DNA of 64,000 nt from Bacteroidales bacterium (GTDB lineage Bacteria > Bacteroidota > Bacteroidia > Bacteroidales > VadinHA17), in the NCBI GenBank assembly GCA_034521735.1, contig JAXHLX010000032.1, forward strand, positions 33,280-97,279. The letters run 5' to 3'. Positions 9,566 through 19,115 of the stretch are shown one piece after another. The position numbers and the translations under genes were made by a program. Position 1 is the first letter of the stretch; every line of letters begins with the position of its first letter. The notes beneath the pieces were generated by a model. It was not told where the DNA came from. It ran no database searches and saw only the letters and a list, made by a program, of their open reading frames with translations.

Positions 9566-11524
9566 TTGGACTATACAATTAATACCATGAGCCTTGGCGG
9601 TATGGCCATCGCAATTGGCTCACTCGTTGATGATGCCATCATCGATGTGGAGAATGTATATAAACATCTGCGCAGTAATGTAATGCTGGAAAGAGACAGG
9701 AGAAAACCCGTTCTCAGGGTCATATACGAAGCATCAACCGAGATAAGACCATCCATCTTTAATGCAACACTGATTATTATTATAACATTTATTCCCCTTT
9801 TCTTCCTCGAAGGAATGGAGGGCAGAATGCTTAAACCACTGGGTATATCATTTATAATTGCACTGATGGCATCGCTGCTGGTTGCAATAACCATTACACC
9901 GGTGCTTTGCAGCTACCTGCTTACAAATGAAAAAAGGCTGGTAAAAAAAGCCGGGGGATCATGGGTGGAAAGAAAGCTGAAGAAGATATACAGGAAGAGC
10001 CTGTCTGTCAGCCTGAACAAAAACATGACAGTGGTGATAAGCGCCGCCATCCTCCTGCTTTCGGCAATAGTCATAAGCTTCAGCTTTGGCAGCACCTTCC
10101 TGCCTCCTTTTAACGAGGGTGCCCTGTCCATTAACCTGACAGCCAAACCGGGGATATCCCTTGAGGAGTCGTCCAGGATTGCACGTGAAGCAGAAAAGAT
10201 GCTGCTTGAAATGCCCGAAATAAACTCATTGTCAAGAAAAACAGGCAGGGCTGAAATGGCTGAACACTCTTTTGCCGAGAACGTATCCGAGCTTGATGTA
10301 CCCTTTAAGCTCACCGGGCAGTCGAGAAACGAGTTCTTTTCTAAACTGAGAAGCAAACTTAATAAACTGCCGGGGGTAAGTGTGGAGGTGGGACAGCCCA
10401 TAACACACAGGATGGATCATATGCTTTCCGGCACAAGAGCCAATATAGCAGTTAAAATATTCGGTAATGACCTGAACCTCTTATTTCGTATTGCCAATGA
10501 TATTAAAGATGAAATAGAGGACACCGAGGGTATAGCTGATATAAACGTGGAGCAACAGATAGAGGCCCCGCAGATAAAGATAACAGCGAAAAGAGATATG
10601 CTGGCCAGGTATGGCATACCAGTGAATAACTTCACTTCTTTTATCAATACTGCGCTGAGGGGGAGCACCGTGTCTGATGTATTTGAGGATGAAAAAAGAT
10701 TCCCTCTGGTACTCAGGTATAATGAAGAAGCACGAAATAATATCGCATCAATAAGAAATGCCATGATAGACACCTACAACGGCAAAAAGGTGCCCCTCTC
10801 ATTCGTTGCCGATATTGAGTCCTCATCCGGACCCAATACCATAAGCCGTGAGAACGTGCAGAGAAAAATCGTTGTCTCAGTAAATGTTGCAGGCAGGGAT
10901 GTGGGTAGCGTGGTGGGGGACATTGAATCGACCATTGATGAAAATATCATCCTGCCTGATAACTACAGCATTGAATATGGCGGACAGTTTCAAAGTGCGG
11001 CCAGTGCCTCGAGAAGATTACTTGTCACTTCCTTACTGGCTATACTTATTGTCTTTATGGTACTGTACCAGGAATTCAAAAACAGCAGGCTGGCTGCGGT
11101 TATACTGCTGAACCTGCCACTGGCTCTTATCGGCGGGGTATATGCCATATGGCTCTCATCAGCCGTTATAAGTATCCCAACCATAATAGGATTTATTACC
11201 CTTTTCGGCATTGCCACCCGTAACGGTTTGCTGCTGATATCAAGGTATGAAGCCCTGGCCGTCAGTAATATGGGACTGAAAGAAAGGATCATCACAGGAT
11301 CAGCCGACAGGTTAAACCCCATACTAATGACAGCACTCACAGCAGCACTGGCGCTTATACCGCTGGCTGCGGCAGGCGATAAGCCGGGTAACGAGATACA
11401 GAGCCCAATGGCCGTGGTGATACTTGGCGGACTCCTGTCATCCACACTGCTGAATATATACCTTATACCATCAGTGTATTTTCTAATGTATTCAAAACGA
11501 AATGATAATGAAACGAATGAATAA
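9566..11524 (+). CDS. heavy-metal efflux RND permease (CzcA/CusA family), C-terminal fragment
   Basis: 652-aa ORF (TTG pseudo-start). Its frame is open back to 9452 and reads GIFVIIILFIFLLNTRTTLISLLAIPLSLLFSIITLRLL before 'DYTINTMSLGGMAIAIGSLVDDAIIDVEN', the family-typical continuation of the N-terminal fragment. Confidence 0.9.
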   Translation: MDYTINTMSLGGMAIAIGSLVDDAIIDVENVYKHLRSNVMLERDRRKPVLRVIYEASTEIRPSIFNATLIIIITFIPLFFLEGMEGRMLKPLGISFIIALMASLLVAITITPVLCSYLLTNEKRLVKKAGGSWVERKLKKIYRKSLSVSLNKNMTVVISAAILLLSAIVISFSFGSTFLPPFNEGALSINLTAKPGISLEESSRIAREAEKMLLEMPEINSLSRKTGRAEMAEHSFAENVSELDVPFKLTGQSRNEFFSKLRSKLNKLPGVSVEVGQPITHRMDHMLSGTRANIAVKIFGNDLNLLFRIANDIKDEIEDTEGIADINVEQQIEAPQIKITAKRDMLARYGIPVNNFTSFINTALRGSTVSDVFEDEKRFPLVLRYNEEARNNIASIRNAMIDTYNGKKVPLSFVADIESSSGPNTISRENVQRKIVVSVNVAGRDVGSVVGDIESTIDENIILPDNYSIEYGGQFQSAASASRRLLVTSLLAILIVFMVLYQEFKNSRLAAVILLNLPLALIGGVYAIWLSSAVISIPTIIGFITLFGIATRNGLLLISRYEALAVSNMGLKERIITGSADRLNPILMTALTAALALIPLAAAGDKPGNEIQSPMAVVILGGLLSSTLLNIYLIPSVYFLMYSKRNDNETNE

Positions 11525-12710
11525 AATATTATTATCACTAGCCATAATCTCTCTTTCTTTAAATGCCTCAGCACAGAGTGTTAATGAATTCCTTTATGAG
11601 GTGCTGGAAAATCATCCGGGGGTAATAGCAGGGCAAGAGCTGCTGGACTCTGAAGAAGCATATTCAAAAACCGGCTACACCCCAAAGGATCCGTCTGTTC
11701 AGGCAGGATATTTCCCGGGTAAGCCCGAAACGATGGGTGATAAGACAACCTGGTCAGTAAACCAGTCATTCGATTTTCCAACTCATTACAGGAATATAAA
11801 AAGACTGAAAAAAAATGATTATGAACTGGCCGTAATGGAATATCACTATACAGTGTTGGCACTAATGGAAGAAGCCCGTGCCAGGACAATACAGATGACA
11901 GCCCTGCAAAAGCATATTGAAAGATCATCGGAAAGACTGAAGCACCTGCAGTCCAGGGAGAAAGCATACAGGAAAATGCTTGATGAAGGCGAAATAACCA
12001 TTATAGATTATAATAAAGCCAGGATAACCCTCGCACACCAGGAAAACATCCTTACGGAATATAAGGCAGAAAAGGAAGCTGTAAAAGCATACCTTGATAT
12101 GATAAGCGGTGATAATTCTGCTATGATTGAAACGGCCGCTTACCCCCTGTTTGAAGAGCCTGATTATGAGTATCTTCTTGCAGAAAAGAGAGAAAAACAT
12201 CCGGCTTTCAGCTTAGCGGAAAAAAATATTGAAATAGCTGAAAGCAATATCAGTGTCATCAGGTCTGATAAACTACCTGAACTGACATTGGGTTATGCCT
12301 CGGAGATAGTAGCAGCCAGCCGGTTCACAGGTCCGACAGTGGGACTCAGCTTACCCTTATGGGAAAACAAGGGCAGGCTTGAGGCGGCAAAAGCAAAAAA
12401 GTCACATTACAAGGCAGAATATGAGAACAGTATAAATGTTCTGGAAAATGATCTTATGAGCAGGTATAATAAGTTCCTTTCCGTTAAATCAGGACTGGAA
12501 ACTCTGAGAAGCGCCTTGCCGGATAAGCAGGTAAACATACTTCTGAATAAGGCCCTGGCGGAGGGAGAAATTTCTGTAATTGAATATTTTACCGAGCTAT
12601 CGCAGTATTATGATACTGAAGATAAGATAATTGAGCTCGAAAAAGAATACTACCTCCTGCTTTCGGAATTATATAATCATTTTCCCGGTTTAATAATTCC
12701 CGGTATTTAG
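11502..12710 (+). CDS. TolC-family outer membrane efflux protein (CzcC-like)
   Basis: 402-aa ORF overlapping the pump stop. Signal peptide 'MNKILLSLAIISLSLNASAQ' (alternative ATGs at 11508 and 11517). Helix-rich repeats typical of OMF proteins. Confidence 0.85.
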   Translation: MIMKRMNKILLSLAIISLSLNASAQSVNEFLYEVLENHPGVIAGQELLDSEEAYSKTGYTPKDPSVQAGYFPGKPETMGDKTTWSVNQSFDFPTHYRNIKRLKKNDYELAVMEYHYTVLALMEEARARTIQMTALQKHIERSSERLKHLQSREKAYRKMLDEGEITIIDYNKARITLAHQENILTEYKAEKEAVKAYLDMISGDNSAMIETAAYPLFEEPDYEYLLAEKREKHPAFSLAEKNIEIAESNISVIRSDKLPELTLGYASEIVAASRFTGPTVGLSLPLWENKGRLEAAKAKKSHYKAEYENSINVLENDLMSRYNKFLSVKSGLETLRSALPDKQVNILLNKALAEGEISVIEYFTELSQYYDTEDKIIELEKEYYLLLSELYNHFPGLIIPGI

Positions 12711-12887
12711 TACATTAAAATTATTCGATCCTGCGCATGATTGTAAAGCTAAAAAGGGACCTGACCTTACCTGGATTCAATGTTGAACACCCGCCGGGAC
12801 CGCCGGGCAAGAGGCATATTACAAGGGCTGTCAAAAAAACCTGACTATTTTCACATTCCTTTAACTGCTAATCATCTCAGAATATGT

Positions 12888-12895
12888 TATCTTTG
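12888..12895 (+). promoter_or_regulatory. candidate -7 box (TATCTTTG) for the PPIase operon
   Basis: Exact TAnnTTTG match about 40 nt upstream of ATG 12936 and about 83 nt upstream of ATG 12978. Confidence 0.35.
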
Positions 12896-12977
12896 CGCAG
12901 ATTATTAAGCGATAAAAATATAATAACAAATCAGCATGAAACTTTTTTACGGATCTTCATGCAAAAAAATTAAACCT

Positions 12978-13679
12978 ATGAAACTTAATGTATTGATAAT
13001 TATTGCAGCACTTTCCATGACCTTTGGAGCATGCTCAAATAAGGGAGTTGATAATTTGAGGCCTGAAACACAGGACGACTCACTGGCCTATGCTTTCGGA
13101 GTGGATATATATAATAACCTACAAAGGCAAAGCGATCTTGAACTGGACCCACTGTTCCTTGCAAAGGGAATGAAAGATGCAAAAGAGGGAAATTCCATTT
13201 TTATAGATGCGGCAGCCGGCGGTTATATTATGATGGTAATGGAAGAACGTGAAGAGAATAAGCTCAGGGAACAATTCAGTGATTATATTGCTGAAAATGA
13301 AAAATTCCTGGAAGAGAACAAGGAAAAAGAAGGTGTTATTACAACTGAATCGGGATTGCAATATAAGGTGATTGAGATGGGTGATGGTCCAAGACCAGCA
13401 CTGACAGACACCGTAAGGGTTCATTATACAGGCAAGCTGATCAACGACACAGTATTTGACAGCTCCGTTGAAAGAGGAGAGCCGGCCCAGTTCAGGACCA
13501 ACGGTCTGATCAAAGGATGGTCAGAAGGATTGCAACTGATGCCTGAAGGTTCAAAATTCATGTTTTATGTACCCCAGGAACTGGGATATGGAGCAAGGGG
13601 TGCGGGACAGACCATACAACCATTTTCAACACTGATCTTTGAAGTTGAACTGCTTGAAGTAGTAAATAAAGAGGAATAA
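12978..13679 (+). CDS. FKBP-type peptidyl-prolyl cis-trans isomerase (FkpA/Mip-like lipoprotein)
   Basis: Lipoprotein signal 'MKLNVLIIIAALSMTFGAC' at ATG 12978 (track start 12936). C-terminal FKBP domain 'VRVHYTGKLINDTVFDSS...GLIKGWSEGLQLM...LIFEVELLEV'. Confidence 0.9.
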   Translation: MKLNVLIIIAALSMTFGACSNKGVDNLRPETQDDSLAYAFGVDIYNNLQRQSDLELDPLFLAKGMKDAKEGNSIFIDAAAGGYIMMVMEEREENKLREQFSDYIAENEKFLEENKEKEGVITTESGLQYKVIEMGDGPRPALTDTVRVHYTGKLINDTVFDSSVERGEPAQFRTNGLIKGWSEGLQLMPEGSKFMFYVPQELGYGARGAGQTIQPFSTLIFEVELLEVVNKEE

Positions 13680-14134
13680 TGATTGCTGAAATACATACAT
13701 CAAAGGGCGTGCTGAAAGCTGAGCTCTATGAGGATGATGCACCCGCCACAGTGGAAAATTTCAGCAAACTTGCCAGGAACAGCTTTTATAACGGTCTTGC
13801 ATTTCACCGTGTATTACCCGGATTTGTAATCCAGGGAGGCTGTCCTTATTCCATTGACATGACAGACCCAAGGGTAGGTACGGGCGGACCGGGCTATAAC
13901 ATAAAATGTGAGCTGGATGGTGATAAGCAGTACCACGACAGGGGAGTCTTGTCCATGGCACATGCCGGAAGGGATACCGGGGGCTCACAGTTCTTTATAT
14001 GCCTGAGCAGGGAAAGCACAGCACACCTCGACAAAAACCATACATGCTTCGGCCGGATAAATGAAGGGACAGATCTTATTGACAGTATCCGGCAGGGCGA
14101 TGAAATCAAAAAAATCATAATCAACGAGGAATAA
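13679..14134 (+). CDS. cyclophilin-type peptidyl-prolyl cis-trans isomerase
   Basis: 151-aa ORF. Motifs 'FHRVLPGFVIQGG' and 'GVLSMAHAGRDTGGSQFFI'. The start overlaps the upstream stop (TAATG). Confidence 0.93.
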   Translation: MIAEIHTSKGVLKAELYEDDAPATVENFSKLARNSFYNGLAFHRVLPGFVIQGGCPYSIDMTDPRVGTGGPGYNIKCELDGDKQYHDRGVLSMAHAGRDTGGSQFFICLSRESTAHLDKNHTCFGRINEGTDLIDSIRQGDEIKKIIINEE

Positions 14135-14137
14135 AAT

Positions 14138-14524
14138 ATGTCATTTGATCTATCAGGAAAAGTAATTGAAGTTGGTCCTGTACAACAAAAAGGCGAGAGT
14201 TTTAAAAAAAGGGAATTTGTCATCGAAGTATCTGAATCAGGCAGTGCAGGCCGTGAATTCATCAATTATGTTAAGTTCCAGTGCATACAGGACAGGACAG
14301 ATATTATAGACGAGAGTTATCTTAATGATAATGTCAAAGTATCATTTAATATAAAAGGCAATAAGTGGGAGAGAGACGGCCAGGTAAATTATTTCACCAA
14401 CCTTGATGCATGGAGAATTGAAAAAGCATCTGTCGGCAGCACTGCTCCTGACGACGATTTGCCCCCACCACTTCTCGATGATATGCCGCCGGAAAACGAA
14501 GAGATGGACGATCTGCCGTTTTAG
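14138..14524 (+). CDS. DUF3127-family OB-fold-like protein with SSB-like acidic C-terminal tip
   Basis: 128-aa ORF. N-terminal 'GKVIEVGPVQQKGESFKKREFVIEV...VKFQCIQDRTDII...WRIEK' matches my memory of DUF3127. It then has a Pro/Asp-rich linker and ends '...EEMDDLPF'. Confidence 0.75.
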   Translation: MSFDLSGKVIEVGPVQQKGESFKKREFVIEVSESGSAGREFINYVKFQCIQDRTDIIDESYLNDNVKVSFNIKGNKWERDGQVNYFTNLDAWRIEKASVGSTAPDDDLPPPLLDDMPPENEEMDDLPF

Positions 14525-14525
14525 T

Positions 14526-16346
14526 CTATTCCACTGTTACGCTTTTGGCAAGGTTACGCGGCTGGTCTACATTACAGCCGCGTAAGAGGGCAACGTAATA
14601 CGCAAAAAGCTGCAGGGGCACAACCGACAGTATGGGTGATATTATATCCGGAACCGAAGGAATTCTGATCACATCATCAACAAGATGCTCGGTATCATGA
14701 TCATCATCGGATATAAGAGCTATTACGAGTCCTTTCCGTGCCTTTATCTCCTTTATATTGGACATCATCTTTGTTTTGCTTTCCTTATCGGTCAGTACCA
14801 CCAGTGTCGGGAAGTTAATATCGATCAGCGCAATGGGTCCGTGCTTCATTTCAGCCCCCGGGTAACCCTCTGCATGTATATAGGATATCTCCTTCAGTTT
14901 CAAAGCCCCTTCCAGAGCCGTGGGAAAGTTAAATCCCCTGCCCAGGAACATAAAATTATTACTGAAAGCATATTTGGAGGCAAGATCTGATATTTTATCC
15001 GCCCCTTCAAGCACAGTCTCCATGCCCGAGGATATTTTATTCAGGGCTTCTGACATCTCATTTGCCTTAACCCCTTTGCCCCTTATATCTGCAAACAGTG
15101 CAGTAAGTCGTGAAAGCTGTACTATCTGTGCAGTATATGCCTTTGTTGATGCCACCCCTATCTCATCACCCGCTTCCAGGTAAAGCTGAAAATCAGTGTC
15201 GCGCCCAAGGGTGGAGTTCATTACATTGATAATACCGAAAGTGAAGGCACCCGCCCTGCGTGCAAGCTTATTACCTGCAATGGTATCGGCTGTCTCTCCC
15301 GACTGTGAGATGGATATCACAAGGTCGCCTGGTTCGATAACGGGATCCCTGTACCTGAATTCAGAAGCATATTCAACATTAACCGGTATCCTTACATGTT
15401 TTTCTATCAGATATCTGCCAACAAGACCGGCATGCCATGAGGTACCGCATCCCAGTATGATTATTCGCTTTATGCGTGGCAATATTTCCGCCAGTGTGCT
15501 GTCGTCCGGAGCCCTGCCTTCAATTATCAGTTCAGATTCTGCCAGGTCTGAAATAATCTTCGGCTGTTCATATATTTCCTTAAGCATAAAGTGATTAAAT
15601 CCGCTTCTGTCCGGACTCTTCTTTTTGGCCATAAACTGACTGACCTCCAGTTTTTTACTATGTCCATTTCCATCATAGACTCTGAGTCCTTCCTCCTTGT
15701 CGGCAATGATTATATCATCATTATCCGGAAAAATAAATCTGTCAGTGTAATCTGACACCGCATAAATATCTGAAGCTACAAAATAGCCGGTATCATCCAG
15801 ACCCATTATCAGCGGGCTGTCTTTGCGGCACATGGTTATCCTTCCCGACCTGCCCTTTTCTATTATTGCCAGGGCATAGCTTCCTTCTATCCTTTTGAAT
15901 GTTTCTGTAAGGGCCTTCAGTATATCTGAATTGTAACGGTCATATTCATATTCAATAAGATTGAGTAATATCTCTGTATCCGTCTCACTCACAAAAACAT
16001 ACCCTTTTTCTTTCAAATATGCCTCAATGACTGCTGCATTTTCAATAATGCCATTATGAACCATCACCAGCTTCCCTGAACTTGAGGTATGTGGGTGAGC
16101 ATTTATCTCAGTAGGCTCACCATGTGTTGCCCAGCGTGTATGAGCTATGCCCGTGGTGGAGTCCAGCTCAGGTGGCAAAAGCTCCATGAGCTTACTTACC
16201 TTACCCGGACTCTTAATAACTCTTAAAGAGCCATTATGGATGGCTATTCCTGCACTGTCATACCCACGGTATTCAAGTTTTAGCAATCCGTCAATAAGTA
16301 TGTCTTTTACCTGCTTTGTTCCTGTATATCCAATTATTCCACACAT
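14526..16346 (-). CDS. glmS: glutamine--fructose-6-phosphate aminotransferase (isomerizing)
   Basis: 606-aa ORF. It begins 'MCGIIGY' (Ntn Cys2), has two SIS domains, and ends '...AKSVTVE'. Confidence 0.97.
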   Translation of the reverse strand: MCGIIGYTGTKQVKDILIDGLLKLEYRGYDSAGIAIHNGSLRVIKSPGKVSKLMELLPPELDSTTGIAHTRWATHGEPTEINAHPHTSSSGKLVMVHNGIIENAAVIEAYLKEKGYVFVSETDTEILLNLIEYEYDRYNSDILKALTETFKRIEGSYALAIIEKGRSGRITMCRKDSPLIMGLDDTGYFVASDIYAVSDYTDRFIFPDNDDIIIADKEEGLRVYDGNGHSKKLEVSQFMAKKKSPDRSGFNHFMLKEIYEQPKIISDLAESELIIEGRAPDDSTLAEILPRIKRIIILGCGTSWHAGLVGRYLIEKHVRIPVNVEYASEFRYRDPVIEPGDLVISISQSGETADTIAGNKLARRAGAFTFGIINVMNSTLGRDTDFQLYLEAGDEIGVASTKAYTAQIVQLSRLTALFADIRGKGVKANEMSEALNKISSGMETVLEGADKISDLASKYAFSNNFMFLGRGFNFPTALEGALKLKEISYIHAEGYPGAEMKHGPIALIDINFPTLVVLTDKESKTKMMSNIKEIKARKGLVIALISDDDHDTEHLVDDVIRIPSVPDIISPILSVVPLQLFAYYVALLRGCNVDQPRNLAKSVTVE

Positions 16347-16356
16347 ATATTCTTAT

Positions 16357-18372
16357 TTATTCAATTTTTACTGTTTTTAATCCCGCTATAATATCATCGC
16401 CCAGCTTCTTCTTCGTCTCAATATGCTCCCTTATGGACAGCACCATCCTGTTTGTCTCAAATTCGCCACGCACTGATTCAAAGTCCAGTTCCTTATCCGC
16501 CTTCTCACCATCAATACCAAAACCTGTCCTTTTAAGAAGAGAGAACTCCTTACTGGCATCCTCATAAAGGTAATTATCAATAGTCAGCACCGCTTCAAGC
16601 CAGCGCTCTATAATACTTATTAATTCATCCCTTTCCATACTGAGTATATCCTTGCCGGTAAAGGATCTGAACGTATCATGTGTCCATGTCCATTCATAAT
16701 TATAATAATTATTATGTATGGATATAAACCATGAATTTATCTCTTCTATGGTGCCTATCTTCTTTTTTTCTATCGTCTCCAGCAGGTTGTTGACAGCATC
16801 GGCCGGACAGATAAGACCGGAGAGGTCTATCCACCGTCCCGAGCCCACCGGGGTATCTTTTTCAAGACTCCTGCGCAAAGCAGTCATATCACTGAACTTA
16901 TGCTGCTGAAGTCTGGTTATAAGCGAATTCCCCAAAAACTTATATATAGCCAGCTCATACAGCTGTATACCACGGTTAAGAGCATTCTTACGTATCTTCA
17001 TCCTCTGCCAGGTATAGACTTCAGCCTCTTCACCCGAGGCATTTTTGATATTAATCAGTATTTCCCTTCCCGATATCATCTTCTGAACTGTATATGGACT
17101 CAAAAGGTTGAAGTTGATCTGATCAAGCTTATTATGACCTTTGCGACGATCTCTCCCGGGCCATTTCTTTGAATCCCTGATGGTGCCAATGCTTTTCAGA
17201 TTTACTGCCGGCACCAGTATGCTTTCATCATTATTCTCTATCAGGTAGGAGAAAGGGAACTGAGAAGTATCCGGGTGTTTATAATGACGTCCCATTACAA
17301 GTGAGAAAGCTCCCACATGACTGGGCCATAACAGGTATGAATCACTTGTTGTTTTCACTCCCCTTTCAATAACCCCCTGGTGTATGGGACCCAGCTTATA
17401 AAGATGGTTACTCTGGTTTGATCCGCTGCCTGCATTCAAAAAAGAAAAAAGCCCTGCAATCAAAAGGGTGGATTTATGGTGGGTTACGGTATATGGACCG
17501 GCAAATATTGAGCATGCCTCACCATGAAAACCCTGGCAGTTAGCAAAGAAGAGCGAATCAGCAGCTGAATACTGCTTGTCAAGCGTGCAACCCTGACCGA
17601 TAAAACACCTTGAGATCAGTGTGGCTCCACTGATCTCCGACCCCGAACAGACAATAAAATCCTCCATAATAACGCCTTCTCCAATATGAACCGGGTCTTC
17701 ATATGAGCTGTTTATACTTCCGTTAAAAAGCTTATGCACACCTTCCAGCCTGGCAGCATCACCTATTCTTACATTCTTTATGCTGCCACAGTTGATTATT
17801 GTTGCCCCTTTTTTTATAACACCACTGCTGCCTGAAATATACTCCACATAATCATTGACAAGGTTCTCTATAACATCAACAAGCTTTTTGCGGTGGCGGT
17901 ACATACTGAGGATATATGCCAGGTGTGTTGTGAGATGATCGAAAATTATCACTTCACGCCCGCCTTTCTCACTTATCGCTTTTACCTTTATTCCGTTACC
18001 GAAAGATGTTTTATCATCAACAGCCAGTGTGTCTACATTATGAATTATTACATCCTGTTCAATATGGTAATTAGATATATAACTACCCACATTATGTATC
18101 AATACATTATCATCCACAATACAGTTATTCAGCCAGGCATTATAGATCCCTGTATTAAACACCACACCCCCAAAGAGGCGAACCTCAGTATCAAAAACTC
18201 CCAGTTTTATATGGCCTGAAAAATGGGCATTGCGGATATTCTCGGTATTGAAGCGTTTACTCACTTCTATCAGGTCCCAGTTGTCGCAGGTACATCCCTG
18301 CATAATTAACTGCCCTGTCTCTTCACTTGATAACTTCCTGTATTTAATCCCGGTTGAAGTAGGTTGTTGCAT
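16357..18372 (-). CDS. DUF4954-family protein (left-handed beta-helix N-terminal part plus helical C-terminal part)
   Basis: The long ORF ends 10 nt upstream of glmS. Probable ATG at 18372 ('MQQPTSTGIKYRKL'; the track ORF starts at GTG 18435). Hexapeptide-repeat-like segments. Family assignment is from memory of the Bacteroidota DUF4954-glmS neighbourhood. Confidence 0.7.
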   Translation of the reverse strand: MQQPTSTGIKYRKLSSEETGQLIMQGCTCDNWDLIEVSKRFNTENIRNAHFSGHIKLGVFDTEVRLFGGVVFNTGIYNAWLNNCIVDDNVLIHNVGSYISNYHIEQDVIIHNVDTLAVDDKTSFGNGIKVKAISEKGGREVIIFDHLTTHLAYILSMYRHRKKLVDVIENLVNDYVEYISGSSGVIKKGATIINCGSIKNVRIGDAARLEGVHKLFNGSINSSYEDPVHIGEGVIMEDFIVCSGSEISGATLISRCFIGQGCTLDKQYSAADSLFFANCQGFHGEACSIFAGPYTVTHHKSTLLIAGLFSFLNAGSGSNQSNHLYKLGPIHQGVIERGVKTTSDSYLLWPSHVGAFSLVMGRHYKHPDTSQFPFSYLIENNDESILVPAVNLKSIGTIRDSKKWPGRDRRKGHNKLDQINFNLLSPYTVQKMISGREILINIKNASGEEAEVYTWQRMKIRKNALNRGIQLYELAIYKFLGNSLITRLQQHKFSDMTALRRSLEKDTPVGSGRWIDLSGLICPADAVNNLLETIEKKKIGTIEEINSWFISIHNNYYNYEWTWTHDTFRSFTGKDILSMERDELISIIERWLEAVLTIDNYLYEDASKEFSLLKRTGFGIDGEKADKELDFESVRGEFETNRMVLSIREHIETKKKLGDDIIAGLKTVKIE

Positions 18373-18562
18373 TTCCGTCTCATTTACTTTCTCTCGCGAA
18401 AAGTAACTCTTTATAATAGATTCACATGAAAACACAACCTAATAAAAACATAACATCTGCATATGTAACCTTAACATACATATCTTTATGTGCTCTTATT
18501 CTGGTTTATATATATTATATTAACCTAATATCAATATTAAATAAAAAATTAAAAACCTAATA

Positions 18563-18940
18563 TCAGATTAGTGAGATATAGTTTACAAGCTTATCCTTAC
18601 GCCCCAGCTTAAGTTTTTTTCTCAGCCTTACCCTGCTGATCTCAGCGCTTTGCACTGTTATATTCATCAGTCCTGCAATCTCCTTGGTTGCCATCTGAAG
18701 ACGCAGGTAGCTGCATAACCTGAGGTCCCTGGTCGACAATGAAGGAAATTTAGTCTGCAGCCTGGTAAAAAAGCCCGGGTGCACCTTTTCAAAGTGCAGC
18801 ATAAAATCATCCCAGTTATCGGTTGAGAGCAAGGTGCTGTTAATATGATCTACCATCTTCATAAACAAATGTTTATCTGACGGTCTGCAGGTTTTTATAT
18901 GCTCATTGAGGTTTTTCTTTATATACTGGCAGTGTCTCAT
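18563..18940 (-). CDS. LuxR-type HTH regulator, C-terminal fragment of a frameshifted PAS-LuxR gene
   Basis: Contains 'LSTRDLRLCSYLRLQMATKEIAGLMNITVQSAEISRVRLRKKL', a LuxR/GerE HTH. It overlaps the preceding fragment. Confidence 0.75.
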   Translation of the reverse strand: MRHCQYIKKNLNEHIKTCRPSDKHLFMKMVDHINSTLLSTDNWDDFMLHFEKVHPGFFTRLQTKFPSLSTRDLRLCSYLRLQMATKEIAGLMNITVQSAEISRVRLRKKLKLGRKDKLVNYISLI

Positions 18941-19115
18941 TCTTGCTTGACATAACCATCAGCTGACTGACAAGTTCCCTGTCCTTGTCTTCTATCTCCT
19001 TCTGGTACCTGTCGCGCACCCTGGCATCATGTACCTTCCCCGCTGAGAGATTCTTTATTTCTCCCAGGGCATTCATCAGGCGTGTAACATCATTGACCGA
19101 TGCGCCGCTGTCCAA
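18903..19115 (-). CDS. middle (coiled-coil linker) fragment of the frameshifted PAS-LuxR gene
   Basis: 70-aa ORF with a TTG pseudo-start. It bridges the PAS and HTH fragments; the junction sequences read through with 1-nt corrections. Confidence 0.6.
   Translation of the reverse strand: MDSGASVNDVTRLMNALGEIKNLSAGKVHDARVRDRYQKEIEDKDRELVSQLMVMSSKNETLPVYKEKPQ

Noticed and set aside
16347-16356. glmS ribozyme or riboswitch upstream of glmS.
   Set aside because: Only 10 nt separate glmS from the upstream ORF, so there is no room for the ~170-nt ribozyme. None of the other leaders I inspected (AGCS, purL, VIT) showed known riboswitch cores.
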